NCBI GenBank assembly: GCA_965224705.1
Contig: OZ245056.1
Coordinates: 1,952,001-2,016,000 of the forward strand
Source: Spirochaetaceae bacterium
GTDB lineage: Bacteria; Spirochaetota; Spirochaetia; DSM-2461
Length of the DNA: 64,000 nt
Direction: 5' to 3'
Shown: piece by piece, positions 9,899 through 19,642 of the stretch
Position numbering within the stretch: position 1 is the first letter of the stretch
Layout of the letters: each line of letters opens with the position of its first letter
Position numbers and translations under genes: made by a program
The notes under the pieces: model-generated
What the model was told of the DNA's origin: nothing
What the model saw: the letters and a program-made list of their open reading frames with translations, nothing else
The model's database searches: none

Positions 9899-11085
9899 TG
9901 AGTACCACTGATTTTAGTTTTGTGCCCCGGGAGGAGTGTTCCAATCAGGAAGTGCTGAGGAAATCGCACACATACTGGCAGGATGCGTGGCGGAGATTGT
10001 GCTGTCACAAACTCGCCATGACAGGACTGGTGGGTGTGGTTTTCATCGTCCTGACGGCTGTATTCGGCCCATTATTCTTCCAGCGTTCCTATTCCGATCA
10101 AAATCTTGATTTCTCCAATGTTCCACCCCGAATGGATATCTACGAAATTGCCGATGACTATTATGTTTATCTGACTCACGACTACAAACTTCTGCGGATC
10201 AGTGAAAAAGGTGAAATTCTTCATCGTCTGAAACTGCAGGACAAGGATGTTGTCAATAAGCTCTACACCTATGTCGATGGTGAGAAATCCGTTGAGCTTG
10301 ATTTTTCCTACAATCTTCTGCCGGGGAAGACCGCTGACTATGACTATACTTTTTCAGCCAATGGCGGCCCGATAATTTCAGAGAAGTATAAAAGAGTCCG
10401 AAATAAAACCTATCCCTTCGGCAGCGATATTGTTGGACGCGGAATTCTCATACGGGTGATTTACGGTGCCAGAATTTCCCTCACCATAGCCTTTGTTGCC
10501 ACCATTGCCAATCTTCTTATCGGAGTCACATGGGGAAGTATTGCCGCCTGGGAGGGGGGACGGGTTGATACTCTGATGATGCGTTTTGTTGACCTCCTCA
10601 CCACCATTCCATTGGTTATCTACGTCATACTCATCATGGTTCTCGTCGGTAATCGCGGACTCTGGACGATGACTATCGCCCTGGGATCTATTTACTGGGT
10701 TGTGATGGCACGGCTGGTCCGTGGTCAGGTTCTCTCCCTCAAAGAGCAGGAATTTATTTTCGCGGCCGTCGCCCTTGGCGTGAGCCGAAGGCGAATCATC
10801 GTCCGGCATCTCATTCCCAATGCCATAGGGCCCATCATTGTAACCATGACCATGATGATCCCCCGGGCAGTTTTTACCGAGGCCTTTATTGGATTCATCG
10901 GATTGGGTGTTTCAGCGCCCATGGCTTCCTGGGGAACCCTGGCAAGCGATGCCCTTTCCGGGCTGCTGTCCTACCCCTACCAGTTGTTTTTCCCAGCACT
11001 GGCCATTGCGTTTACCATGCTTTCATTCAACTTCCTGGGAGATGGCCTGCGGGATGCTCTCGATCCCCGATTGAGGAAGGGCTAG
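9898..11085 (+). CDS. oppC: Oligopeptide ABC transporter permease with an enlarged extracytoplasmic loop
   Basis: N-terminal YWQDAWRRL, FGSD..GR, LKEQEFIFAA.ALG, NFLGDGLRDALDPR. Confidence 0.92.
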   Translation: MSTTDFSFVPREECSNQEVLRKSHTYWQDAWRRLCCHKLAMTGLVGVVFIVLTAVFGPLFFQRSYSDQNLDFSNVPPRMDIYEIADDYYVYLTHDYKLLRISEKGEILHRLKLQDKDVVNKLYTYVDGEKSVELDFSYNLLPGKTADYDYTFSANGGPIISEKYKRVRNKTYPFGSDIVGRGILIRVIYGARISLTIAFVATIANLLIGVTWGSIAAWEGGRVDTLMMRFVDLLTTIPLVIYVILIMVLVGNRGLWTMTIALGSIYWVVMARLVRGQVLSLKEQEFIFAAVALGVSRRRIIVRHLIPNAIGPIIVTMTMMIPRAVFTEAFIGFIGLGVSAPMASWGTLASDALSGLLSYPYQLFFPALAIAFTMLSFNFLGDGLRDALDPRLRKG

Positions 11086-11091
11086 GGAATC

Positions 11092-12117
11092 ATGGATCAA
11101 ACAGTACTGGAAGTAGAAAACCTTCGAACATCTTTTTACTCTCATCTCGGTGAGATACAGGCGGTGCGCGGTTCATCGTTTACATTGAAGCAGGGCGATG
11201 TTCTGGGCATCGCGGGTGAATCGGGTTCAGGAAAAAGTGTCACAGCCCTGTCCATCATGGGACTTATTGAAAGCCCAGGGAAAATCAAGTCAGGAAGCAT
11301 CCATTTTAACGGGAAGGATCTCACCAGATTGTCCGGGAAGGAACTTCGCGCCGTCAGGGGCAAGGAAATTTCAATGATATTCCAGGATCCCATGACTTCG
11401 CTCAATCCTGTGTACACAATTGAAAACCAGATGGTGGAAGTTCTCCGAGAACACAACAGAGGCATGACCCGAAAACAGGCTGCCGCCCGGGCTGTCGAGA
11501 TGCTGGAACTTGTCGGTATTCCAGAACCCCATATTCGGATAAAAAGCTATGCGCACGAATTCTCAGGAGGGATGAGACAGCGTGTGATGATAGCCACGGC
11601 CCTCTCCTGCGGGCCGCAGCTCCTCATTGCTGATGAACCAACCACGGCATTGGATGTTACGATTCAGGCCCAGATTCTGGAACTGATGAACAGTCTCAAA
11701 GAGCGGATTAACACCTCCATAATCCTCATCACTCACGATCTTGGAGTCATTGCCGAGATATGCGACCAGATCATCGTGATGTATGGGGGAACCATCATGG
11801 AAAAAGGCACGGTGGATGAAATCTTCTACAACCCCCAGAATCCCTACACAGTGGGCCTTCATCAGTCTGTCCCGAAGATGAGAGATTCAGGCAGTAAAAA
11901 GCGTCTGATTCCCATTGAAGGCTCTCCTCCCGATCTCCTCAACCCTCCCGGTGGATGTCCATTCTTCCCGCGCTGCCCCCATACAATGCGAATCTGCATG
12001 GAGAAACCGCCGCCCAGCACTCAGCTCAGTGATACCCATACCTCATCCTGCTGGCTCTTTGACAGGGATGCCCCCAGAGTGGAAAATTACAGAAAGGAAG
12101 AGGCCATCAATGCCTGA
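11092..12117 (+). CDS. oppD: Oligopeptide ABC transporter ATP-binding protein
   Basis: Walker [26 protein letters not shown]-terminal GCPFFPRC. Confidence 0.95.
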   Translation: MDQTVLEVENLRTSFYSHLGEIQAVRGSSFTLKQGDVLGIAGESGSGKSVTALSIMGLIESPGKIKSGSIHFNGKDLTRLSGKELRAVRGKEISMIFQDPMTSLNPVYTIENQMVEVLREHNRGMTRKQAAARAVEMLELVGIPEPHIRIKSYAHEFSGGMRQRVMIATALSCGPQLLIADEPTTALDVTIQAQILELMNSLKERINTSIILITHDLGVIAEICDQIIVMYGGTIMEKGTVDEIFYNPQNPYTVGLHQSVPKMRDSGSKKRLIPIEGSPPDLLNPPGGCPFFPRCPHTMRICMEKPPPSTQLSDTHTSSCWLFDRDAPRVENYRKEEAINA

Positions 12118-13102
12118 GACAGACTCCCTGCTCGTGGTCAACAACCTCAAAAAACACTTTCCGACAGGCAGCGGAGGTATTCTGAGCAGGAAGAAATCCC
12201 TCATCAAAGCTGTGGACGGAGTGTCTTTTTCAATCACCCGGGGAAAAACTCTGGGACTGGTGGGAGAATCCGGATGTGGAAAATCAACAACGGGCCGGAC
12301 AATCCTTCGGCTGTATAAGCCCACAGATGGAGATGTTCTCTTCGATGGTGAGGACATTTCCAATACGCCCCAGAAGAATCTTTTTCCTTACCGCAAAAGA
12401 ATGCAGATGATTTTTCAGGATCCTTATGCCTCTCTGAATTCCCGCATGACAGTCACCGACATAATCGGAGAGGGTATGACGACGCACAATATATATAAAG
12501 GAAAGGAAAAACAGGAACGCATATTTGATTTACTTAATCGCGTCGGATTGAAAAGAGAGCATGCGAACCGATACCCCCACGAGTTTTCCGGCGGGCAAAG
12601 GCAGCGAGTTGGCATAGCCCGTGCCCTGGCCGTAGAACCGGAACTGATTATTTGTGATGAACCCATATCGGCCCTCGATGTATCCATTCAGGCCCAGGTC
12701 GTCAACATGCTGGAAGATCTGCAGAATGAGATGAAACTGACCTACCTGTTTATCGCGCACGACCTTTCCATGGTGAAGCATATCTCCGACCGTATCGCGG
12801 TGATGTACCTGGGTATGCTGACGGAAACGGCAGATAGCGATGAGCTGTACAGGAATCCCCAGCACCCCTATACAAAGGCTCTTCTCTCGGCCATCCCCTA
12901 TCCGGATCCGAAAATTACCCGCCAGAAGAAACGGATTGTACTGGAAGGGGATGTTCCTTCCCCTGTTGACCCTCCGGGAGGATGCCGATTTGCATCCCGC
13001 TGTCCTCTGAACAAGGGTGGGGAAAATGATATATGCCAGACGGTGACGCCGGAATTGGTGGAAAAAGATTCGGGGCACTTTGTTGCCTGCCACAAAGTTT
13101 GA
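12110..13102 (+). CDS. oppF: Oligopeptide ABC transporter ATP-binding protein
   Basis: [25 protein letters not shown]. Start moved to the ATG at 12110, which overlaps the oppD stop. Confidence 0.95.
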   Translation: MPETDSLLVVNNLKKHFPTGSGGILSRKKSLIKAVDGVSFSITRGKTLGLVGESGCGKSTTGRTILRLYKPTDGDVLFDGEDISNTPQKNLFPYRKRMQMIFQDPYASLNSRMTVTDIIGEGMTTHNIYKGKEKQERIFDLLNRVGLKREHANRYPHEFSGGQRQRVGIARALAVEPELIICDEPISALDVSIQAQVVNMLEDLQNEMKLTYLFIAHDLSMVKHISDRIAVMYLGMLTETADSDELYRNPQHPYTKALLSAIPYPDPKITRQKKRIVLEGDVPSPVDPPGGCRFASRCPLNKGGENDICQTVTPELVEKDSGHFVACHKV

Positions 13103-13107
13103 ACGCA

Positions 13108-13476
13108 TTACTTCATGCCTAACAGTTTGAAAATAGTTTGCAAAACCTTATCCGCTTCAAAGGGTTTAACAATGAAATCCTTTGCCCCCAGGGAAAGTGC
13201 TTCAAAAACCTGCTTCTTCTGACCGACAGCACTTACAATAACTATACGAGCTTCAGAATTATGCTGTATCATTTTTTTGAGAGTTTCAATTCCATCCATT
13301 TCCGGCATGGCAATGTCAAGCGTTACAAAGTCAGGGCTGTGAATTTTGAAATTTGCCAGGCCGTCCACACCATTGACAGCTTCACTTACAATCTCAAAAT
13401 GGGGTCCCAGAATATCCCTCAGCCTCATTCTCATCACGGCCGCATCATCAACAATCATCCCCTTATACATGCTCAA
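13108..13476 (-). CDS. cheY: CheY-like single-domain response regulator
   Basis: IVDDA, LDIAMPEMDG, SA, KPF receiver motifs; no output domain. Confidence 0.85.
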   Translation of the reverse strand: MSMYKGMIVDDAAVMRMRLRDILGPHFEIVSEAVNGVDGLANFKIHSPDFVTLDIAMPEMDGIETLKKMIQHNSEARIVIVSAVGQKKQVFEALSLGAKDFIVKPFEADKVLQTIFKLLGMK

Positions 13477-13948
13477 CCTCTTGAACCTGACTCTGCAGTG
13501 CCAGATTCAATTCCAACTGGCCGATACTGGAATTAAAAGATAGAAAAACTGTCGGAATATCATAAGCATCAAAGCTCCTTTCTGGATGAGTGATAATGGA
13601 AGGAGTTGTGATTTTAATCAGCTTATCATCTCCAGCCAACCCGATGCTGGCCTGACCGGTTATCATATTGGCAAGCTCGCAGACCGCACTCTGGACCATC
13701 TCCCCTACCTCATGAGGCTGTTTTTTACCTGTCATGGCCGTGGCAACAGAATATGCAAAATCCCAATCCATTGAATAGATCACCTGTCCGTAAATGGGGC
13801 CTTTTATACCAATTAGAATCGAAACAGGCATGGAGGAATGAGTGTTTTTTCTTCTGCCGATACCACTTCTCTCCAGATTGATATGTATTTCCTTATCAAA
13901 TATCAATTTTGCACTGTTAACAAAGAAATTGATATACTCGTATCTCAT
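13463..13948 (-). CDS. cheX: CheX-family phosphatase
   Basis: E-x-x-N motif (CELANMITG), N-terminal YINFF, ITTPSII. Confidence 0.88.
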   Translation of the reverse strand: MRYEYINFFVNSAKLIFDKEIHINLERSGIGRRKNTHSSMPVSILIGIKGPIYGQVIYSMDWDFAYSVATAMTGKKQPHEVGEMVQSAVCELANMITGQASIGLAGDDKLIKITTPSIITHPERSFDAYDIPTVFLSFNSSIGQLELNLALQSQVQEVEHV

Positions 13949-13963
13949 CCAGTCACCATACCC

Positions 13964-15577
13964 TTACTGAAATGGTACAAACATACTGATCGAAGTTCCC
14001 CTGTCTATCGCTGTTTTTATTGATAACTGGCCACCCAATCTATCAATCTCAGTCTTTACAGTCCAGAGCCCAAGACCCCGGCCGGAAATTTCTGTCAGGT
14101 TTTCTGCTGTCGAAAAATCTCTTAAAAAAAGCAACTCCAGTATTTCATCGGAGTTGTAGGTTTTATCATTGGAAAGAATTCCTTCACGTCTGCCAATGGC
14201 CTCAATTTCCTGTACAGAAATACCCCTGCCGTCATCGATGAAGCTGATTTCCATACCATCATTGTGTACTTTGATGTCGATAAAAACTTCCCCCTGAGCG
14301 GGTTTATTCTTCTTTTTTCTCTCCAGAGGAGTTTCAATACCATGATCAATCATGTTTCTCACCAGATGGGCAAAAGTACAGAGTAAATCATCGTAGATTT
14401 CAGGCAGGATCTGGATATCATCCCCTCTAATCTCAAGAGGCTTAACTTCCTTGCCAAGAGACTTTGCCAGTCTCTGGCTCATGGGAGGATATGGAGCCAG
14501 CAGGGCATGAAGGGAAATTCTCCTGAACTGTTGAACAGAGCCGAAAATTTCATTGTCACTACCGTATTTTTTTGCGATAGACTCCTCTAACTGGAGGTAA
14601 TGGTGGTAGGGAATGGAGACCTGGTCAATTCTGTTCAGCCATTTCTCGCCAAACAAATTCAGTACAATATCTGATTCATCCTCATACGCTTTCTTCAAAG
14701 AACTGACCTGTGAGGGGATGTCGATTGCCTCATTACAGGCTATTTTATCAGAAATATAGTTTTCAAAGTTATTGGCAGCAGTATGTGTTGCTTCAAATGC
14801 AAAAAAGGAAGCACTCCCCTTAAATGTATGAATCATTCTCTGAAGGGTTTCATAATCTTCATTCTCCACATCTCCCAACCTGCTGAAAGTTTGAAAGACT
14901 GCCTCTGCCTCCTTCAGGAAGGAGGAGAAGAATTTCTGGTGAGATAGTATCTGGAAAACCATATTCCTGAGTTTCTCTTCTTTTTCCTCTTTTTCCTTCA
15001 GTAGTAACTGGAGGGTAATATCGGTCATGATACCAAGCACCTGAGTCCGGTCGATCATCCTGTATTCAATCTTTATGGTTTTACTGTTAATGGTGATTTC
15101 CCTGTCCATCAGATCAAAAACAACATCGGCCTTACTGATATCAGTGAAGAGAAGTGAAAACCCATCAATGAACTCTTCCTGTTTCCTCTTCTTGCTGAAT
15201 AGAAGCTCTGGGAGAAAGAGTCCAACAGGTTTTTTATTGAAAATTTCTTCGCATTTCCGTGAATAGTTTTCCTTAACAACAAAGTCTGCTCCGAACAGAA
15301 AAAATCCCTGACCTGTAACATCAAGCATGTTCTTGATTTTACTTGTCCGTTCCTGAACCATTTTTTCAAGGTTAACGTTTATCTTCTGCAATCTATCCTG
15401 CCGTACTCCGATCATCCGGGCAAACCAGCCCAGAAAAAATGGTGCCGAGCTTATAATAGAAAAAAGAATCCAGGGATTATTCGGAAGAAATGAAATGAAA
15501 AAAAGTGCGATAAGGGGAAAAAGGAATCCGAAAGTTATTCCATAAATCAAGTATTTTTTCGTGTAATTTGACAACAT
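13964..15577 (-). CDS. Membrane-anchored CheA-like histidine kinase (2 TM, PAS-like, Hpt, HATPase; no CheW domain)
   Basis: Two N-terminal hydrophobic helices, Hpt HTFKGSA, CheA-type N box HLVRNMIDHGIE, DDGRG, FSTA...SGRGLGL. Protein ends right after the ATPase domain. Confidence 0.82.
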   Translation of the reverse strand: MLSNYTKKYLIYGITFGFLFPLIALFFISFLPNNPWILFSIISSAPFFLGWFARMIGVRQDRLQKINVNLEKMVQERTSKIKNMLDVTGQGFFLFGADFVVKENYSRKCEEIFNKKPVGLFLPELLFSKKRKQEEFIDGFSLLFTDISKADVVFDLMDREITINSKTIKIEYRMIDRTQVLGIMTDITLQLLLKEKEEKEEKLRNMVFQILSHQKFFSSFLKEAEAVFQTFSRLGDVENEDYETLQRMIHTFKGSASFFAFEATHTAANNFENYISDKIACNEAIDIPSQVSSLKKAYEDESDIVLNLFGEKWLNRIDQVSIPYHHYLQLEESIAKKYGSDNEIFGSVQQFRRISLHALLAPYPPMSQRLAKSLGKEVKPLEIRGDDIQILPEIYDDLLCTFAHLVRNMIDHGIETPLERKKKNKPAQGEVFIDIKVHNDGMEISFIDDGRGISVQEIEAIGRREGILSNDKTYNSDEILELLFLRDFSTAENLTEISGRGLGLWTVKTEIDRLGGQLSIKTAIDRGTSISMFVPFQ

Positions 15578-15753
15578 TCTCAGTTAATTGAAACGTATTT
15601 TCCCATTTCAATCAAGGTCTGTGATTCTGACAGCAAAGATCTTTGTCCGGTATTGGAGATTGCACCGGAAAATATGGCAATTCCATGTATTTGAAATCAA
15701 CAACAGCACCCATGATTGACACTTGCACAAACATTGAAGAAAAATACACGGCA

Positions 15754-16857
15754 ATGAACAAAAAAATCAATGTTGGGATACTCTGCGGAGGACGTTCCTG
15801 TGAGCACGAAGTCTCGGTGGCTTCCACCCGCTCCGTTCTGGAAGCTGTCAACCGCGATAAATACAACATTACTCTTATTGGAATATCAAAAAAAGGTCAG
15901 TGGCTAACCCCTTCTGGAGATGCCTTGAGACTTCTTCAGGGTGGTACGGTTGAGAAAGACGATAATCATTCAGTTTTACTGGACTATTCTGATTCCAGAA
16001 AACTGTTGGCTTCTGAGACATTGAAATCACTCAGCCAGTCCATTGATGTGCTTTTTCCCATACTGCATGGTCCATTTGGTGAAGATGGTACGGTTCAAGG
16101 ATTACTTGAACTATCCGGCATACCCTACGTAGGATCCGGTGTGACAGGATCGGCGGTCGGCATGGACAAGGAAATGATGAAGCGAGTGTTTCGTTCGGAA
16201 AACCTGCCTCAGGTGAATTACACAGTGGTTACCCGCGAAAGGTGGAAAGCCTGCCCAGAGGAAGTTCAGCGAAGCACAGAAGAACAATTCACCTATCCAG
16301 TTTTTATAAAACCTGTCAATTCAGGTTCATCGGTCGGCATCAGCAAAATACACAATGCCGGTGAGTTCACTGCCGGAATGGATGAAGCCTGCAGCTTTGA
16401 CTACAGGGTGATGATAGAAGAAGAAGCCGCCAACTGCCGTGAAATTGAAGCCGCAGTTCTGGGGAATGAAACTCCGGAATCAGCATCAGTCATAGGCGAG
16501 ATTGTTCCCCATAACGATTTTTATGACTACGAAGCCAAGTATACCGAAGGCAGCACGGAGTTAATCATTCCAGCTCGAATTTCCCCGGAAACCAGGGATG
16601 AGATACGGAAAATGGCCATCACAGCATTCAAAACCATCGGTGCGGCTGGCCTGGCCCGTGTGGATTTCTTCGTCCGCAAAGATGATGAAGCAATTTTCCT
16701 TAACGAGATAAACACGATGCCCGGCTTCACACCGGTCAGCATGTATCCCCGACTCTGGATTGAATCAGGTGTTTCCTACACAGAACTCATCGACCGCCTC
16801 ATCCAATATGCCCTTGAGTACCATAGAACCAGACGAAACATGCGTGTCGTTCTCTAA
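15754..16857 (+). CDS. ddl: D-alanine--D-alanine ligase
   Basis: GGRSCEHEVS, LHGPFGEDGTVQG, GSSVGI, FYDYEAKY, NEINTMPGFT. Start at MNKKINV. Confidence 0.96.
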   Translation: MNKKINVGILCGGRSCEHEVSVASTRSVLEAVNRDKYNITLIGISKKGQWLTPSGDALRLLQGGTVEKDDNHSVLLDYSDSRKLLASETLKSLSQSIDVLFPILHGPFGEDGTVQGLLELSGIPYVGSGVTGSAVGMDKEMMKRVFRSENLPQVNYTVVTRERWKACPEEVQRSTEEQFTYPVFIKPVNSGSSVGISKIHNAGEFTAGMDEACSFDYRVMIEEEAANCREIEAAVLGNETPESASVIGEIVPHNDFYDYEAKYTEGSTELIIPARISPETRDEIRKMAITAFKTIGAAGLARVDFFVRKDDEAIFLNEINTMPGFTPVSMYPRLWIESGVSYTELIDRLIQYALEYHRTRRNMRVVL

Positions 16858-16865
16858 CCAGTACA

Positions 16866-17264
16866 ATGGCTGTTCGTTCCATAAAAAAACACAGGGTAAC
16901 CCGGATGATGCACTACCTCTTTCTTCTTCCCTTTCTGCCCGGAATTCGTTCGCTGATTACCAGGCACAGTACCTCTGATCTCGTAATTTACTTCTCTGGT
17001 TTTTGTCTTGTACTTATCCTGATTATTTTCAGCAATCATAAGCCATTATTGACGATGGAAGAATCCCGCCTTTCCCTCTACCTCAACCACCGCCGTACAG
17101 TAGCATATCTTCCCTACAAAGAAATATCTGCTTACAGGAAGCTGTCATCAGATCGTATCAGAATTCTTTCTCCGAACCATCATCCTGTCAATCTTTACAT
17201 TGGCAGAAAAGACATGAATCACCTTGTAGACAAACTCCAGGAGATGAACATTGCGATGCAGTAG
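16866..17264 (+). CDS. Hypothetical small membrane protein
   Basis: Two hydrophobic segments then a soluble tail; co-oriented between ddl and the next gene. Confidence 0.6.
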   Translation: MAVRSIKKHRVTRMMHYLFLLPFLPGIRSLITRHSTSDLVIYFSGFCLVLILIIFSNHKPLLTMEESRLSLYLNHRRTVAYLPYKEISAYRKLSSDRIRILSPNHHPVNLYIGRKDMNHLVDKLQEMNIAMQ

Positions 17265-18210
17265 AACCGTATTCCTCTCAGGATGGATCATCATTGCATC
17301 GTCACTGTTAACCTCCTGCAAGGAAGAGAAGGTGATGCCCACGGAACACCAGATTTCTCTGCTGAATAAGTGGCTTGATTCATCTCATCAGACTCCGGCC
17401 GAGAGCATCATTCAGGGATTCCAGCAGGGCCGCTCCGTTATACTTGCCCAGGATATGATTCTCCGCGGAGATACTGTGGATCTTGTCCGCTCCCTGATCC
17501 CTCTATTCTACAATCTTGGAATAAGAAACATCGGACTGTATCAATTTAATACAACCAGCCAGAAGGATCTGGACTGGTACTATGCCGATCCTGACCGGAA
17601 GAATGTTATCGACTCGCCCATGCCGTTTCTTGCATACATCGAATACAGAGAATTCCTGGAGTATATTAAAGACCTGAACAACCATAAGAAGCTCGGGGAA
17701 GAAGCCATCAGTATTGCAGCTCTGGGTGAAGGGGGAAGCATCTCTTCCTCCAGAGTCAATCAACTTCTGGAAGAGGGAAACTGCTTTTTATGGCTGAAAT
17801 CTACCGATCTTGTATCAATTCCACATACAGAAACCAATGAAGTGAAACCTCTTGTTCTTTTACATCACGGTCCCGGATCGGAGGGTTCGATCTGGAATGA
17901 ACTGATACTGCACACAAAAAATCAACGGCCACTCAGAGATGCCACTTTTGCCTTCAACCCGGATACTCCGCCATTTCACCTCTGGAAGTACAATCATCCC
18001 GTAAAACCGGACATTGTTATCGTCACAGTTTTTCCATACCGCGCCGTTACCACAGTCCCTGATTACCTAACCGAAGATATGACAGATGAAGTGCTGGCAA
18101 ATTTTCCTGAGATCCATATCCGCAATCCTCAGAATCTACCGCCATCTCGATTGAACAGGATTGTTAACCGGCAGGTGAAACGGTATGCCCGATTCCTGAG
18201 AAACTTATAA
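17251..18210 (+). CDS. Hypothetical lipoprotein
   Basis: 319-aa ORF with a lipobox-like SLLTSC. Confidence 0.65.
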   Translation: MRCSRTVFLSGWIIIASSLLTSCKEEKVMPTEHQISLLNKWLDSSHQTPAESIIQGFQQGRSVILAQDMILRGDTVDLVRSLIPLFYNLGIRNIGLYQFNTTSQKDLDWYYADPDRKNVIDSPMPFLAYIEYREFLEYIKDLNNHKKLGEEAISIAALGEGGSISSSRVNQLLEEGNCFLWLKSTDLVSIPHTETNEVKPLVLLHHGPGSEGSIWNELILHTKNQRPLRDATFAFNPDTPPFHLWKYNHPVKPDIVIVTVFPYRAVTTVPDYLTEDMTDEVLANFPEIHIRNPQNLPPSRLNRIVNRQVKRYARFLRNL

Positions 18211-19071
18211 ATTCTCCAGCCCCAGCGATTCAGCAATCTGCAATACGGCAGGGGAATTGTTCAAAGTATAAAGATGGATACCAGAAACACTACTGTCCAA
18301 TAAATCCCGTACCTGTTCGGTTGCCCAGTGTATACCAGCCTTGCGCACGCCCTCATCGGATTCTGCCCGTTTGACAGCTTGAAGCAGCCCGGCCGGGAAT
18401 CGGGTCCGGGACGCCAGTTTCGCCATTTTTTCCATATTATGAATTCCGGTGATCGGCATTATTCCCGCAATAACAGGTATATCAATACCCGTAATTTCAC
18501 ACCGTGAGACAAAATCAAAATAATCCCTGTTGTCAAAAAAGAGTTGAGTCACCATGTAATCGGCTCCGGCATCAACTTTGCTCTTCAGATAGATCATCTC
18601 ATCAAGGCGGTTTAAGGAATCAGGATGCCCTTCCGGAAAACCGGCCACCCCAACTCCCATCTCCGGATGCTGAATGCGGATGAAAGACACAAGTTCAGCG
18701 GCATGGGAAAAGTCCCCCTGCATGGAAGCGGTATCAGCAGGCATATCACCTTTGAGAGCCAGGATGTTTCTCACACCACTTTTGGCATATTTATCAAGGA
18801 TTTCCTTGATCTCATCCTGTGTATGACTGACACAGGTGAGATGAGCCACGACATCAACACCGGTCAGCTTCTGAATTTCTGTAACGAGCCGGTGAGTGAG
18901 ATCCCGTGTGGATCCGCCTGCTCCATATGTAACACTCACATAGGCTGGTTTGAGATGGGCCAGATCGTCTATAGTTTGGAAGAGTTTTTTTTCTCCCTTC
19001 GGGGATTTAGGCGGGAAGAATTCAAAGCTTACCGATGTTTTTCTTGAGGTTAACAGGTCAATAATCGGCAT
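18205..19071 (-). CDS. metF: 5,10-methylenetetrahydrofolate reductase
   Basis: SFEFFPPK, VTYGAGGS, AHLTC, TQLFFD, HLYTLN. Confidence 0.96.
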   Translation of the reverse strand: MPIIDLLTSRKTSVSFEFFPPKSPKGEKKLFQTIDDLAHLKPAYVSVTYGAGGSTRDLTHRLVTEIQKLTGVDVVAHLTCVSHTQDEIKEILDKYAKSGVRNILALKGDMPADTASMQGDFSHAAELVSFIRIQHPEMGVGVAGFPEGHPDSLNRLDEMIYLKSKVDAGADYMVTQLFFDNRDYFDFVSRCEITGIDIPVIAGIMPITGIHNMEKMAKLASRTRFPAGLLQAVKRAESDEGVRKAGIHWATEQVRDLLDSSVSGIHLYTLNNSPAVLQIAESLGLENL

Positions 19072-19077
19072 GGACTG

Positions 19078-19512
19078 CTACTTCTGAAGATTGATCAATG
19101 CATGGATTGCCAGAATGTAGCTGTGTTTTCCAAAACCAAAGATCCCCCCCTCACACACTGGAGCTATGACGGAGGAATGGCGGAATTCTTCCCGTTTATA
19201 TAAATTGGAAAGATGCACTTCTATAACAGGGATCTGGACCGCAGCAACGGCATCGCGTATGGCATGAGAATAGTGGGTGTAGGCAGCAGAATTGAGTATA
19301 ATGCCATCAAGTCGATCTTTCCCCTTCTGTATCAAAGTAATGAGTTCCCCTTCGGAGTTTGACTGATGAAACTCCAACTCAAGGCCAAGCTTATCACCTT
19401 CAGCCGCAATTTCCCTGTTGATATCGTCCAGAGTCTGGTTACCGTAAATGTGTGTTTCCCTTTGACCAAGCATGTTAAGATTCGGACCATTGATAATTGA
19501 TATACGCTTCAT
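19078..19512 (-). CDS. aroQ: Type II 3-dehydroquinate dehydratase
   Basis: NGPNLNMLG.RE..IYG, QSNSEG, EVHLSN..KREEFRH.S. Confidence 0.96.
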   Translation of the reverse strand: MKRISIINGPNLNMLGQRETHIYGNQTLDDINREIAAEGDKLGLELEFHQSNSEGELITLIQKGKDRLDGIILNSAAYTHYSHAIRDAVAAVQIPVIEVHLSNLYKREEFRHSSVIAPVCEGGIFGFGKHSYILAIHALINLQK

Positions 19513-19642
19513 AACAGAATTAACAATAGAAGGATGATTGGGTAAAGTCAAGCAGGTTTTCAATGGGGAAGCGTTCCCACAGAGTTTTAGAGTTCATTAA
19601 AAAGACGGATAACAGTATAATCCTCATAAAAGGAATTCTCTC

